NCBI GenBank assembly: GCA_002633005.1
Contig: NMRA01000043.1
Coordinates: 400,018-464,017, forward strand
DNA length: 64,000 bases
Reading direction: 5' to 3'
Source: Phoronis australis
Lineage: Eukaryota; Animalia; Phoronida
A model generated the notes under the pieces. That model was not told where the DNA came from, ran no database searches, and saw nothing but the letters and a program-made list of their open reading frames with translations. The translations under genes were made by a program, and so were the position numbers. This document shows, in pieces, positions 1-12,400 of this stretch (within the stretch, counting starts at the first letter, position 1; every line of letters starts with the position of its first letter).

Positions 1-397
1 TTTTCTTTTATTTCTCCAACCCACCACCCATACATTTTAATTAGGTTGAAATGCAACCACCCATATTATTTAAATTATGCTTGAATTATTCATGGTTATG
101 TATGTGTTCGGTTTTATTCTCTTTAGATATTTTCGGTCATCAGTGTTTCGCTAGCCAACACTGGTCAGTAGACACATCAGCTCCCTCCCAGGCAAGGGAT
201 AAACATTCACACATGCTTTCCAGTGAATAGCAATTAATGAACAAGAATGTTGGTATGCACCCTTCGTGTGAATTGCACATGACAGGTGCTAGGGGTGCGC
301 ATTATTTCAAAATTCCTACAATAGGAGTAACACTTGTAAACAAATTGCCTCTAGGACACACATCATGATCTGTTAAGCACCTTTAAGATGATCGACA

Positions 398-1086
398 GAC
401 AAGAACTAGCCGTCTTTTCAAATGTCGAAAACTGAAGAGGCCAACAGGGTGGTCGAATCAAAACGCAAATACTGTTGTCAGCACATTCCTGCCACATATC
501 TTTGCGCCAAATTTCACCCAGTTGCGCCTAGTGGTTTTTGAGATAATCAACCTGTCTTGTCAAAAACTAAAATGGCCAACAGGGGGTACTATGGTAGCCA
601 AATCTGTCTGAAAATTGACTGGTGCAGGTGCATCCCTACCATCTATTTCTGTGCCAAATGTCACCATGATCTGTGTAACGGTTTCAACATAATCAACAAA
701 CGAATAATGAATGACTTGAGGAGTCGAAAACTAACAGAGAGTGCCAGAGTGGTTGAATCCGTCCAAAAACGACTGGTGCTGGCACATTCTCGCCATATAC
801 CTCTGTATCAAATTGCATCGTGAACGTCAAGCAGTTTTCGAGGTAATCGACGCACAAGAAATGGCTTGTCGAAAACTAAAACAGCCAACAGGGGGGACCA
901 CAGCAGCCAAATCAATTGGTGCTTGCGCATCCCCAACAAATAACATGATCCGCTAAGCGGATCTTGAGATAAGTGACACACAAAGAATGATAATGACGGT
1001 CAAACAGACAGATGGACATACAGACGGAGGGACGGATGCGATGCTGACCATATGCGTCTAAATAAGATTTTGTGGGTACACAAAAA
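398..1086 (-). mobile_element. Diverged Helentron-associated (HINE/DINE-1-like) element, distinct subfamily
   Basis: acaag-type end, ~150-bp internal repeats containing gccaacaggg(g/t)gg, a cagacggagggacgga microsatellite and an A-run at the other end; boundaries approximate. Confidence 0.6.
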
Positions 1087-1371
1087 TTCCATGTGAGATC
1101 ACAACTCATGTCGGTTACCACAAACTATTACTGGCATGCACTGTAATATCAGCTTGTTTGGAGGAGCAGCGCAATCAAATGCTTCAACAAAAATGTATCT
1201 TGAGAAGACTGGCTTTAGGACAATTTGTACAGTACGCTAATGCCGTCACATTACCACACAAGGTAAAATTTTGACTATTTGCAGCACGGTTTGGACATTG
1301 GAAGAATGAAAGTTATGGTTATTCCTTCTCACCTATATTGAAGATTCAGCCTAACAGTAAAAAATTCTCAC

Positions 1372-1560
1372 CCTGTGAATTTCAATCTCCTCCAAGCGAA
1401 ACATTTCCTCGTCCTCTGTTTCCACATAGTCGGTGAGATACTCGCCAAGCTGCGGTCCCAGTAGGTCTAGGATGGTCTGAGGACTCGGGTAACTAGCCAG
1501 CAACACTACCTGGGCAATAGCTATAGTGTCCGAGGGGTTTTTTAGCTCCACCATCAGGGC
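1372..1560 (-). CDS. TMEM131: TMEM131 exon (189 nt) ALMVELKNPSDTIAIAQVVLLASYPSPQ...EIEIHR
   Basis: ctctag / gtgaga; L.NP.D.....Q..LL..Y..P motif. Confidence 0.92.
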
Positions 1561-4500
1561 CTAGAGAACACAACAAGATATCAATAGTGCACCAGACACA
1601 TTAATGTGACACATGGAGATACGAAAAGATGTCAAGTTAACACAATGTTCATTAATAAATCAGTTTCTCACATGACCTGGACTGTGTTACGACACCACTG
1701 GTTAATAACTTTTTGATATTACATAGATGAATCACAAAGTAGTGCAAAGTAGAAATATATACGCCTAAAATTTTATCGTATGCAATACACTAAAACAACC
1801 AGACGCCCGCCAAACAAACAATGCCGGAATTCCGAGAAGATGACAAGGTTATTATTGACAAATCAGGTACTGCAACCGTACGTATTCCCAGTCGGAAGGA
1901 GATGCAAGCAACTTCTTAAACGGACCCATCTTCGGCAGCGAATCCCATATCCATGTTCATTCCAACGGAGACGAACCCCAACTCAAGAAATGCGGAGACA
2001 CTGTCTAGCTGTGCGGTCTCAAGGTCAATTCAGTGCTCATGCGTGGGGAAGTCTTGCTGACTGTTATTTTTAAACATTTTTTTAAGTTTCAATATTACAA
2101 CTATAAAGACTATTTATTACATTCTAACATGGATATTTGCTACGAAAGCTGTATGCAATTTATAATTGCAATTGCTAAGTTTAAAATAAAACTATTAACA
2201 AAAAGTAACTGTACTTTACATTGCGCAAGCGTGTTTTTACAAAAGTTGCGTCATATGGTTGACAGTTTTATACATGTTGAGTTTTTTGGCAAAAAATGCC
2301 ATTTTTACAGTTCCTGTGAGAACACAAATCCTACACTAAGGTTTATGACATGGATAAAACCTCTTGGAAATTTCATTAGAATCCCTCAGCAAGCCTCAGG
2401 ATTCTCTATGTATTAGACTGCAATTAGCTGCTGACGAGAGCAAGGTATACATGACAGCACTGGCACTTATGCCGTTACTCGGCTGGTTGCCTGTAAATAC
2501 CCATTACAAACTTTGCCCATTTCATGGCACCTTGGAATTCGTCAATAGTTCCTTTTGTGTGATGGATGGCAATTACCACATTGACGATGACTTCACAGTA
2601 ATAAAACACTGGTTGAAATATTGTAGTAAACAACATCTTGATTACAATCAACAGATACATCTCAACAAAATATTCAATCCAGGTAAGCTGTGAGCACACA
2701 TTAAGATAAAATTTGTTATGTCATACCATCTGTCGGGTTACTCACCGAACTATTTCCTATTTGTGTGAGCGGGAATCTCAGTATAGGTGGCGTGTACCTG
2801 TAGAAGTACCTGGGCCACTGGAAATGGACCTGGGCAGGGAACAGGAAGCCTCGGATGTCACTGATGTCAACTTGTACCGTGATGTTGACACTGAAGTGAA
2901 GAAAGGGGACGTGTGATAAGCTTGTCCACAGGTGAAAATTCAGGATTATAACTAAAGCAACGTGGGGCATTGACATGGATTGTAATGAATTGATCAAAAG
3001 ATGTTAAAAGCCGTAACAGGTGATGAAAACTCAGTAAAGCTACAAAATACACAAGACAAAAATTAATATAAAATAGATGAAATGCCCAACATTTCGAGCT
3101 CCGCTATTTTTCACAAGGTGTAACATTGCAATGAATGTTTGTGCTCCATTCTGCAATTACCAGAGCAGACGACACACGTTAGTTTTAAGGACCATATATT
3201 AAAGCCTATCTTGAACGGTAACACTATTGTCTTGTAAATTTGGTTCCTATGTTAAGAGCATCGCTCTGAGCACACTAGTGCCACAAACTGCCAGATGTAA
3301 TGATCTGTTGTCTACGTTACCATGAGAATCACCTCTTAATTCAAACAGCTGCGAATAACACACACACACGCAACGGTGTTCTATTCAGACCCCTATTCAA
3401 TACAACTGTTATCGGCCTTTGGTTATTTGTGCTGGGATCTCGCAGTGACACAATATGGCATGAAAGAACAGCTTCACTTATCATTTAACGGGCTCACATT
3501 TGTATGACTGAATTCGCATTTTCTTATTATACAAAGGCTTTGCGAGGACAATCTTTCTAGCCCAATACATCTAAAACAACAAAATCCCATTGAAGAAAGG
3601 CTTTAAAATCAAGAAACTCCTGACTACACAATGTTTATTTCAACATCTCAAGCTCACAGAACAGCCTCCCGTTCAGTAACGCTAGGACCTCGCTAAAAAG
3701 CAAGACTTCGCGAGATAACGCGAGATATTGCCGTGCATTTTAAATAAGAACACGTGACTTTGACTAGGTTTTAGCTAGGTCCTAGTGTAGGTCCTAGCGG
3801 CTACTAAACGCATGCCTGGCTTCCTCTTAAGTACTTACGTCGTCTGCTCTGTGAGACCGAGAATGTCCCACTTTTGACGAAACCTTGTATATAAATACTG
3901 ATCTATGTCCGCAACGTCCTTGTTGAGTGAAAGACCTAGTAACCACTGGTGACCAGCTGAAACCAGAAACAGGTCATGACTTCAAGTCAAAATTTAAACT
4001 GTGCTCCGTAACAGAAGCCACCTTTTGATTTAGGTCCCTTACTGAAATGAGAAGTGATTTCTGAGTTTGCAAAAAAGGGACAGTTTATTACTAAAGGAGA
4101 CGATGCTTGTCACATAAAATGAAACGTCACATCAACTTTCAGAGCCAGACCTCAACCAGTAACAGACTGTCAGTTCTATCAAAGCCATGAAATCATCTCT
4201 AAATGAGCAAAGGTGATTGGCCAGAATCAAGTTTGTTTTTGTGATTGATGGCGAGCTTACAACCGCTTTTTCTCACATGACCTGGAATGTGTTACGATAC
4301 GACTGGTTAATAACAACGAGTATGTAATTTTTTTGATATTCGTGTCTGCCCATTGGGCGAAGCACAAAGTAATGCAAAGTAGAAATCCATACGCTTTACA
4401 ATGTATTGTCAGCAAAACACTAAAACAACCAAACGCGCACCAACCAAACAATGACAGAATTCCGAATAGGTGATATGGTTATGACTGACAAATCGGGTGT

Positions 4501-7500
4501 CACAACTGTACGTACTCCCGGTTGGAAGGACATGCAAACAACTTCTTAAACGGACCCATCTTCGACAGCAAAAAAGTTGCGTCATGTGGTTGAAAGTTTT
4601 AGACACGTCAAGTTTTTCAGCAAAGAAAACAAATCCTACTTTCGTCTCAGATTTATGACATGGGTAAAACCCCTAGGAAATTTTGTCAAAATCCCTTTGC
4701 CCATGTCATTAACCTGAGACTCGTGTAGGATTCTCTACATAAGTACATCTCTTCAAAATAAACATCGTATGATAGCTACATTATAGGTCACTTCAGTAAA
4801 CTTTATTTGCAAATAAGGGCAACCAGCATGCTACAAAACAGTGACATAATTACTTGTAAATAATTTGGATATGAGGTTTAGCAAAACTCAACAGTCATCA
4901 CCGTGGAAATTCATGAGAGTGACAATATGCATATCAAGCTGTAGTTTTAGTAGAACCCTAAGGAAACACAGACTGTAAAAACTCGTTTAAATATTCATTC
5001 AAAGTTCGACAAAAGGTTGTTTTACCACTCAAAAGCAAGTAGTAAGGCAATAAACTGAAATTCCTGCTACTCATTAAAATCTTTATACAGAAATACTGAC
5101 TGGCTATGTCTTGCAACATAATGAGAATATTGGCCATACCTGGAATGTTTGTAGGTAAACCTAAATAGCAGTCATCCAAGCACTCACGCTTGGCATCAAA
5201 ATATAGTTTTCCCATCTGAAAATGAAAAAAAAAACAGCCACTTATTTTCCTAGCCGCATATCAATTTTGACGATTGCAAATCATAACAATATTGCAAATA
5301 ATAACAATATTGCTATCTAAACACACCACTTGAAAACAGCACTTTTAAATGTCAGAACACAATACATTACACGATCCATTACACAATACATTACATGAAT
5401 ATATGCTTATTAAAAAGAAAATCAGGAGTTCAACAGATTGCCAAAAAATCAAGCATAAGAATCAGTTCAATGGTATGTCGCCTTTGACATTCCCAGACTA
5501 TGGCCTCATATTATTAAGTAATAAGGAAGCACATAAACGCCTGTGTCACCTCCACTTAGTTAATACACCTATTGTCTATGCTGTGATAACATCTTAAACA
5601 GCTATATCAATATCACAAGAGCAATGCAGAGCATTGAAATGCGCTCACGAATGCACAGCAAACGGTGTGCTTCTTGGGGCATTTATTAGTATAATAAAAA
5701 TGGCCACTAGATGGCACAAAATATGTTGAATCATCCGAAAACAGGTATATAGTCATTGTCTCTTTAATAAGAAAGCTATTTACCAAATTTCATAAAAACC
5801 CGTCAAGGAACTTTTGAAAAACGAGGAAAACGGAAAACAAAGAAAGTTGCCATGAGGAGGCTGTGGGTGCAAAAAAAAACATAACTGCCACTAGGAGGCA
5901 CCACAGTAGTTGAAGTTGTTGGAAAATCATCATCAACCGTCCTAATCCCACTAAGAAACATATATGCCATTTTTCACAATCATCCTTAGAGGGGTTTGGT
6001 TAATAGAGGGACGGATGCCAAAAACAGAATAGAAAACAGTGGAAATGGCCACTAGATAATGCAAAACATATCGATTCCATCTGAAAACAGGAACATATCA
6101 TCGTTTAAATAGAAAAGGTTTTACCAAATTTCAAAAAACCCATCGAGCAGCTTAAGAGAAACACAGGAAATGGAAAAAATGAAATTGCCACTAGAGGGCA
6201 CAGTGTTTGTCGGATCTGTCAGAAAGGAGTTGTCGTGACTGTCAACTTCATATAAATACACTTGCTAAATGTAACTAAGATAGCTTGCAGAGTTTAGGAG
6301 ATACAGCCATGGCAGTAAAAAAAAAACTGCCACTATGAGGCGCCACAGTAGTCGAGGTCAATGGAAAATCATCGTCAGCCGTCCTCTTTACATTAGGAAC
6401 ACACATGCCAATTTCCACAGTTATCCTTAGAGTGATTTGGTTGAAAGAGGGGCAGACGCCAAAAAACACTTTAAAACAGTAAAAATGGCCACTAGGTGGC
6501 GCAAAGTTCCTCGAATCCATCCAAAAATGAGAGGATAGCGTCATCTAACTAATAGATGCCAAACTGCCAAATTTTATGAAAAACCATGGAGAACCTCCAA
6601 AGATACAGATGTAAACGAAAAAGCTAAAATTGCCACTAGGGGGCGCACCGATAGTCGGAGAGGTCCGCAATTTGTCGCTTTGTTGTCAGTTTCATAGGAA
6701 CAGATCTGCCAAATCTCATCAAGATCGTGTAAGGGGTTTAGGAGATACAGCTGCAGATGCCCGACGGCAGACGCCCAGACAGAGATGACGGAAATATGCA
6801 CCCACATGTAAATATGTGAGCGCTTAATAACAGTCAAGTATACAAACTTACTATTGTATCTTGTTGTGGTTCAAGCATTATGGGAGAATTTTTCGGTGGC
6901 TCCCAGTAAAAGCGAGAATCGTTGGGTTGAAAATACACTCTTTCAACTTCCATATAAGTTTCAAAAGTGCTTCGGAGTATAAGAGCTTTAAAAGTTACTT
7001 TTTCCTGAAAAACGAAACAGCACATTTGAATAAACAGTTACCAACAAGCAAAAATACAAAACCGGCTTCAATAATAAGCCTGGACTACTTTAACTATCTA
7101 AAGTACCAACCAAGTTTTATTCAAATGTCTATACTTTACATCCCCAACAACAGGAATTTGGTCAGCTACTATGGTAGTAAGATTCCCAATAAACCATGTT
7201 TCCAATTTTCAGAGAAATCATAAAAAATGAAAGCAGACATTTCAGACTGTGAACAAATCAAAAGTATAAATCTAGGTAATCTACTTACTGGATAAACATT
7301 ATCAAAAACTATTTTGTCAGGAACTGCTTGTATGCTTCCATCAGCAGTGCGTAAAGTTATAGGGATGTACAGGATCTGAAACAAAGTGTAAGATATCTTT
7401 AATGTGTCATCATGACTTTAACACGTCACAGTGATTGAAATCCAAAATGAAATGCGTAAAATAGTGGGGTACAGCCAATTTGCTGTATATGTGGTTTAGT

Positions 7501-9380
7501 ATCTTTAATATCAGTGACAACAAATAAAAACTAACAGAAGTTCCGCATAAAAATTGACTAAAAGTAGCCAAATGTTCTCAGAAATTTGAACGGTAAAGAC
7601 AACTTACTTGAAACTGACTGACTATTTTAACTTCTGCAGCAAAAGTGGCTTCATAGTCAGGAGCAACCAGATTGACACTGAACACAGCAAAGTGGTATGG
7701 CTTTAAGATTAACTGGAATACCAAACACACAACACATGATCAGAGTGGTATAGCTTGCTGATTAACTGGAATACCTATCATAGACCACATGATCATAATA
7801 CGTACACAGTTAAATCCAGTCAACATTGTCATGGCTCTAAGTTGAGCACACATCTCTAGTTCCAAGCAAACACTAAATCACAGATTGAACAAACAAAAGA
7901 ACATCTGGTGATTTTGAGCATACACTCCAACACCCCACAGCAAATAATCCCAGAATGCAACACTCTTGCATGTATCTATTTCGCTAATCAATATCAATGA
8001 AAATAATGGTGTAATTGTGAGTCAGGACTCATCATTTACATTTTAAAATGTTAAATGTCAAGAACGTTATCATGCTTACCGGGTCTTTTTGTATTTCTGA
8101 AACATTGTGCTTTTTACTGAGTGCTGTGCCATTTCCTTTTTCAACACCAAGAAGTTCTAGAGTAGTTTTACGGAGATTCGCTCGGTAGTGCGATATTACA
8201 ATCTGAAATAAATTTAGCACAGTGTAGTACAAGTATTGAAATCATAAGACTAATGTATTATTCACGGGTTTCATTTAACTAACGATAATTCCAAAAGGGA
8301 TCCTTACTAAATACTGGAAACATGATGGTTTTCAGTCAACAATTGATCAATACTAGTGCACTATAATAAAGTACAGTGAACATTTGTGTCAGTAAACGTT
8401 ATGTAATCTGTTCATTTAGCCGAATATCTACAAAAGAATTTAACTTTGTAAATGAATGTATTTTTTAAAATTGGAAAGCCATTAGAATTTAATTTTCAAT
8501 TTTATATCCAATTGCAACTACTTTTTCACAAAATTTATTGAAAAAGCTACATTCATAGCAAAACAATATCGATTATATAACCACGTTTTATTTAATATAT
8601 GAATTCATGATGAAAGCTCAAAAACATATATTGTTTTATGTAACTTCTAAGTTTTTCATAAAAACCATTCCGTGATGTCATCTCGCATATAAATAGGAAA
8701 TTATTTAAGGTATAGAAGGTATTAATAGTGATTTTCAGAAAACGTGTCAAACACGGCAAGTTTTTTTTTTGCTATGGAGTTTCAGTGTGAGTGAAGATAT
8801 CACTGGTAATTTCTAAGAAAAATGAAGCAAACGCTGTACTACTTTTTAAGAAGCACATAACATACATCTATTGGGTTGTCGTTCCTGATGGTGAACGTCA
8901 TACTTCTCTCCTCATCCATGCCCAGAGTACCAAAGTCTAGCTGACCCTCGTAAATTTCAGGGCGATGGTGAACAATCTAAAAGATGAACATCAAAGTAAA
9001 AAACCAAATGAAATAGCAAACCCTATTTTCAATTTCAAAGTGTCTAAAGCCCCGCCTACAAGATGGTGTTTACATCAAAGTGTATATGTATGTTTACACC
9101 AGAGTGCATGTTTATGGAAGTTGTATATTTTTGCCATATAAACGCAAATACACCCGGGTGTAAAGCTACACTTAGTTGTATAATTACACCACCACCAGAG
9201 GTTGCGTAAATACAAATTTATACACGGGCAAATATACACCTGCTACATGTAAATGAGATTTAAATTTACATATGACTGCCATTATGAGATTATTTCTGTG
9301 ATCTCATCTCACCTTAAAGCAATACCACTTCCCTTTAAACGCCCAAAAGATCCTGTTGTCATATATCTTTTATTGAAATG

Positions 9381-9433
<53 letters not shown>

Positions 9434-12400
9434 ACAAGTGCTGCAGCTGGGTGAAAATTCCACAGCTATTTTTATGCCATGCCAGTTTCACAAGACATGC
9501 AGCAGTAATAAGAGGCGCAATAGAAATACTTATAACTTCATTAGGACAAATCATTTTTTGGTTCACTAAGCAAAAGTTCGCACACTGAACATTGAATTTT
9601 CAAAAGCCAGCAAAGTGAAGCCATCTTGTGTTCACATCACTAATTAAATAATCGGTATCCGTAATGATGACATATCAAAAAATAATCCCATTCTGGAACC
9701 ATGTTGTTGAAATAATCCCATTCTGGAACCATGTTGTTGAAATAATCCCATTCTGGAACCATGTTGTTGAAATAATCCCATTCTGGAACCATGTTGTTGA
9801 AATAATCCCATTCTGGAACCATGTTGTTGAAATAAAAACTGCAAACAATATTTCCGACACAAAACATTGATGTGTGACTTCCATCGACACCACTACTAGA
9901 CCGCCGCAATTGGGAAACCCCAAATTTATCTTTGAAATGATGGCCTTGTGGAAATTTTTACACAGCATGACCATCAATTAATGGACTGTGCCGACAAATC
10001 TCAAGGTTAAAACATTTTTTGTTCAAAAGCCATTACAATTAACCGGCATTAGATTATTCAAGGACATTTGCTCACCTTTAACTTTCCATTATAAATAATA
10101 ACTGGCAGGTGGAAAGCTGAGGCATTCGTGAATAGTGTTAGGGGTACGGTGAAGTGAAGGTCGACGGCATTGGGGAGAAATGAGAGCACCAGAACCAGAA
10201 CTGTCTGTCCAGGAAGCAGGACCACTGGCTTTGAAAAGTTGAAAATCTGCAATACAACGATGACGGTGTTAAGAGTTGTCTGTCCAGAAGGCAGAACGAC
10301 AGCAAGGGGCAAGTTCAGCAACTTGAGCAATAGGTGAATTAAACATTTTAAGAACAGGGAATGAATCAATAAAATGTGTTATGAATTCACTTGTCTAGAT
10401 GAAATGCTATAATTATGCTGTGAACCATAACTGAAGCGCAAACAGGAACATGAACGGCGAAGACATTTATTTCTAGCAACACAAATTCCAGTTACTTTCC
10501 AACATGTGGAAATTTTACCTCAAATATTTTAGCCTAGAAATAAACAGCAGAATATTAGCATTCTTAGTTTGAATGATTTACACACATCACACAGTTATGA
10601 CATTCCAGTATACATGTAAATGATGAAAAAATCTTAGCATCAGGTACGAGACTAACTTTCCGACATCACTTCAATTGCAGTATCCGACTGCACTTGTGAC
10701 TTGGCATTAAATTTTTGTTACAAAGCAGTTAATACCCGGATGAATTGTGCATAACTTCTAACCAAAATATCAATAATTAAACCAAAAAGAAATCATAATT
10801 GATTAGAAGTGCACTTTTTCAATTTGTAAATCCAAAATGTCCATTTTTAGTGGCTTGCTAATGAGTTTCCTTTTTATAGAGAAGATGGCACTTTATAAAG
10901 ATCTAGTCAACATACTGTAAAGTACTGGAGATATTCATCAGGTATGCTGGCGTTGTACACAACTACAGTCACGTTGAATGTGTTGGTAATGGTAAGATTG
11001 CGAGTCATGTTGTTGAACGGCGACTTTCCACTCTGAAATCGTAGGCTGCTGGCATTATACAGCAACGATCTGAAAACAAAGGTTTCACCACATTACTCTA
11101 ACCTGCAAAATTCGATATATTTTCACAAAACAAACAACAGAACAACACATGGTTTCATTTCTTATCACACTACTTCCAAGTTCTTGTCATTACAACTGAC
11201 ACACCAAAATCAATGAACTGTACCAATACTGTACCATAAGCTAAACAAGAGCAACGCGGAGCGTTGAAATGCGCCCACAATTGCACCGCATACGGTATCC
11301 TTCTAGGGTTGTTTATTGGTACCATAAAGTGGCCAGTAGAGGGCATACTTTGCAAAATGGAAAGGCATGGTCATTGTCTCCGCAATGGGCTAGGGGCAAA
11401 ATGTGAGTAATCTTCATAATACAAGCACATCCTATACCTCAGTTGCTTAAAACACCACAGAAACATAGAATTAAAAACAAATTTACCAACATACGAGATT
11501 AGCACAGCATTAGAATGCCAGAAACAAATTTCTACTTGGAACTTTTCCTTCACAGTCACGAAGTAACACAAAGTATACACCTGAAGACCTATGAAAATAC
11601 AGAGGTCAATGTAAAATACTAAAATTGCCACTAGANNNNNNNNNNNNNNNNNNNNNNNNNNNNNNNNNNNNNNNNNNNNNNNNNNNNNNNNNNNNNNNNN
11701 NNNNNNNNNNNNNNNNNNNNNNNNNNNNNNNNNNNNNNNNNNNNNNNNNNNNNNNNNNNNNNNNNNNNNNNNNNNNNNNNNNNNNNNNNNNNNNNNNNNN
11801 NNNNNNNNNNNNNNNNNNNNNNNNNNNNNNNNNNNNNNNNNNNNNNNNNNNNNNNNNNNNNNNNNNNNNNNNNNNNNNNNNNNNNNNNNNNNNNNNNNNN
11901 NNNNNNNNNNNNNNNNNNNNNNNNNNNNNNNNNNNNNNNNNNNNNNNNNNNNNNNNNNNNNNNNNNNNNNNNAAAAAACAAAACTGCCACTAGGAGGCGC
12001 CACAGTAGTCGAAATCGTCGGAAAATCATCGTCAACCGTCCTCTACATAGTAAGCACATACATGCCAATTTTCACAATCATCCTTTGAGCGGTTTGGTTG
12101 ATAGAGGGGTGGAAGCACAAAAACAGACTCGAAAACAGTAAAAATGGCCACTAGGTGGCGCAAACTATGTCGAATCCATCCGAAAACGGCAGGATAGCGT
12201 CATCTCACTATTAGGTGCCTACATACCAAATTTCATGAAAATCCGTTCAGGACTTTTGAAGATACAAAGGTAAGCGTAAAAAACTAAAATTGCCACTAGG
12301 GGGCACACCGGTAGTCGGATCCGTCCGAAAGTTCGCACATGCCGTCCCATTCATGAATGGAACATATGTGTCAAATTTCATGAACGTATGTCAAAGGGTT

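Noticed and set aside
3085-3120. Second hammerhead/Penelope-like remnant (aacatttcgagctcc...)
   Set aside because: The CUGANGA box is not intact; too degenerate to call
9253-9588. Poly-Cys and poly-Leu ORFs
   Set aside because: Translation of a CTG microsatellite on the non-coding strand of an intron
9681-9835. 30-bp repeat as a CRISPR array or repeat protein (NNMVPEWDYF)n
   Set aside because: Units are contiguous with no spacers, it is intronic in a eukaryotic gene, and no cas genes are present
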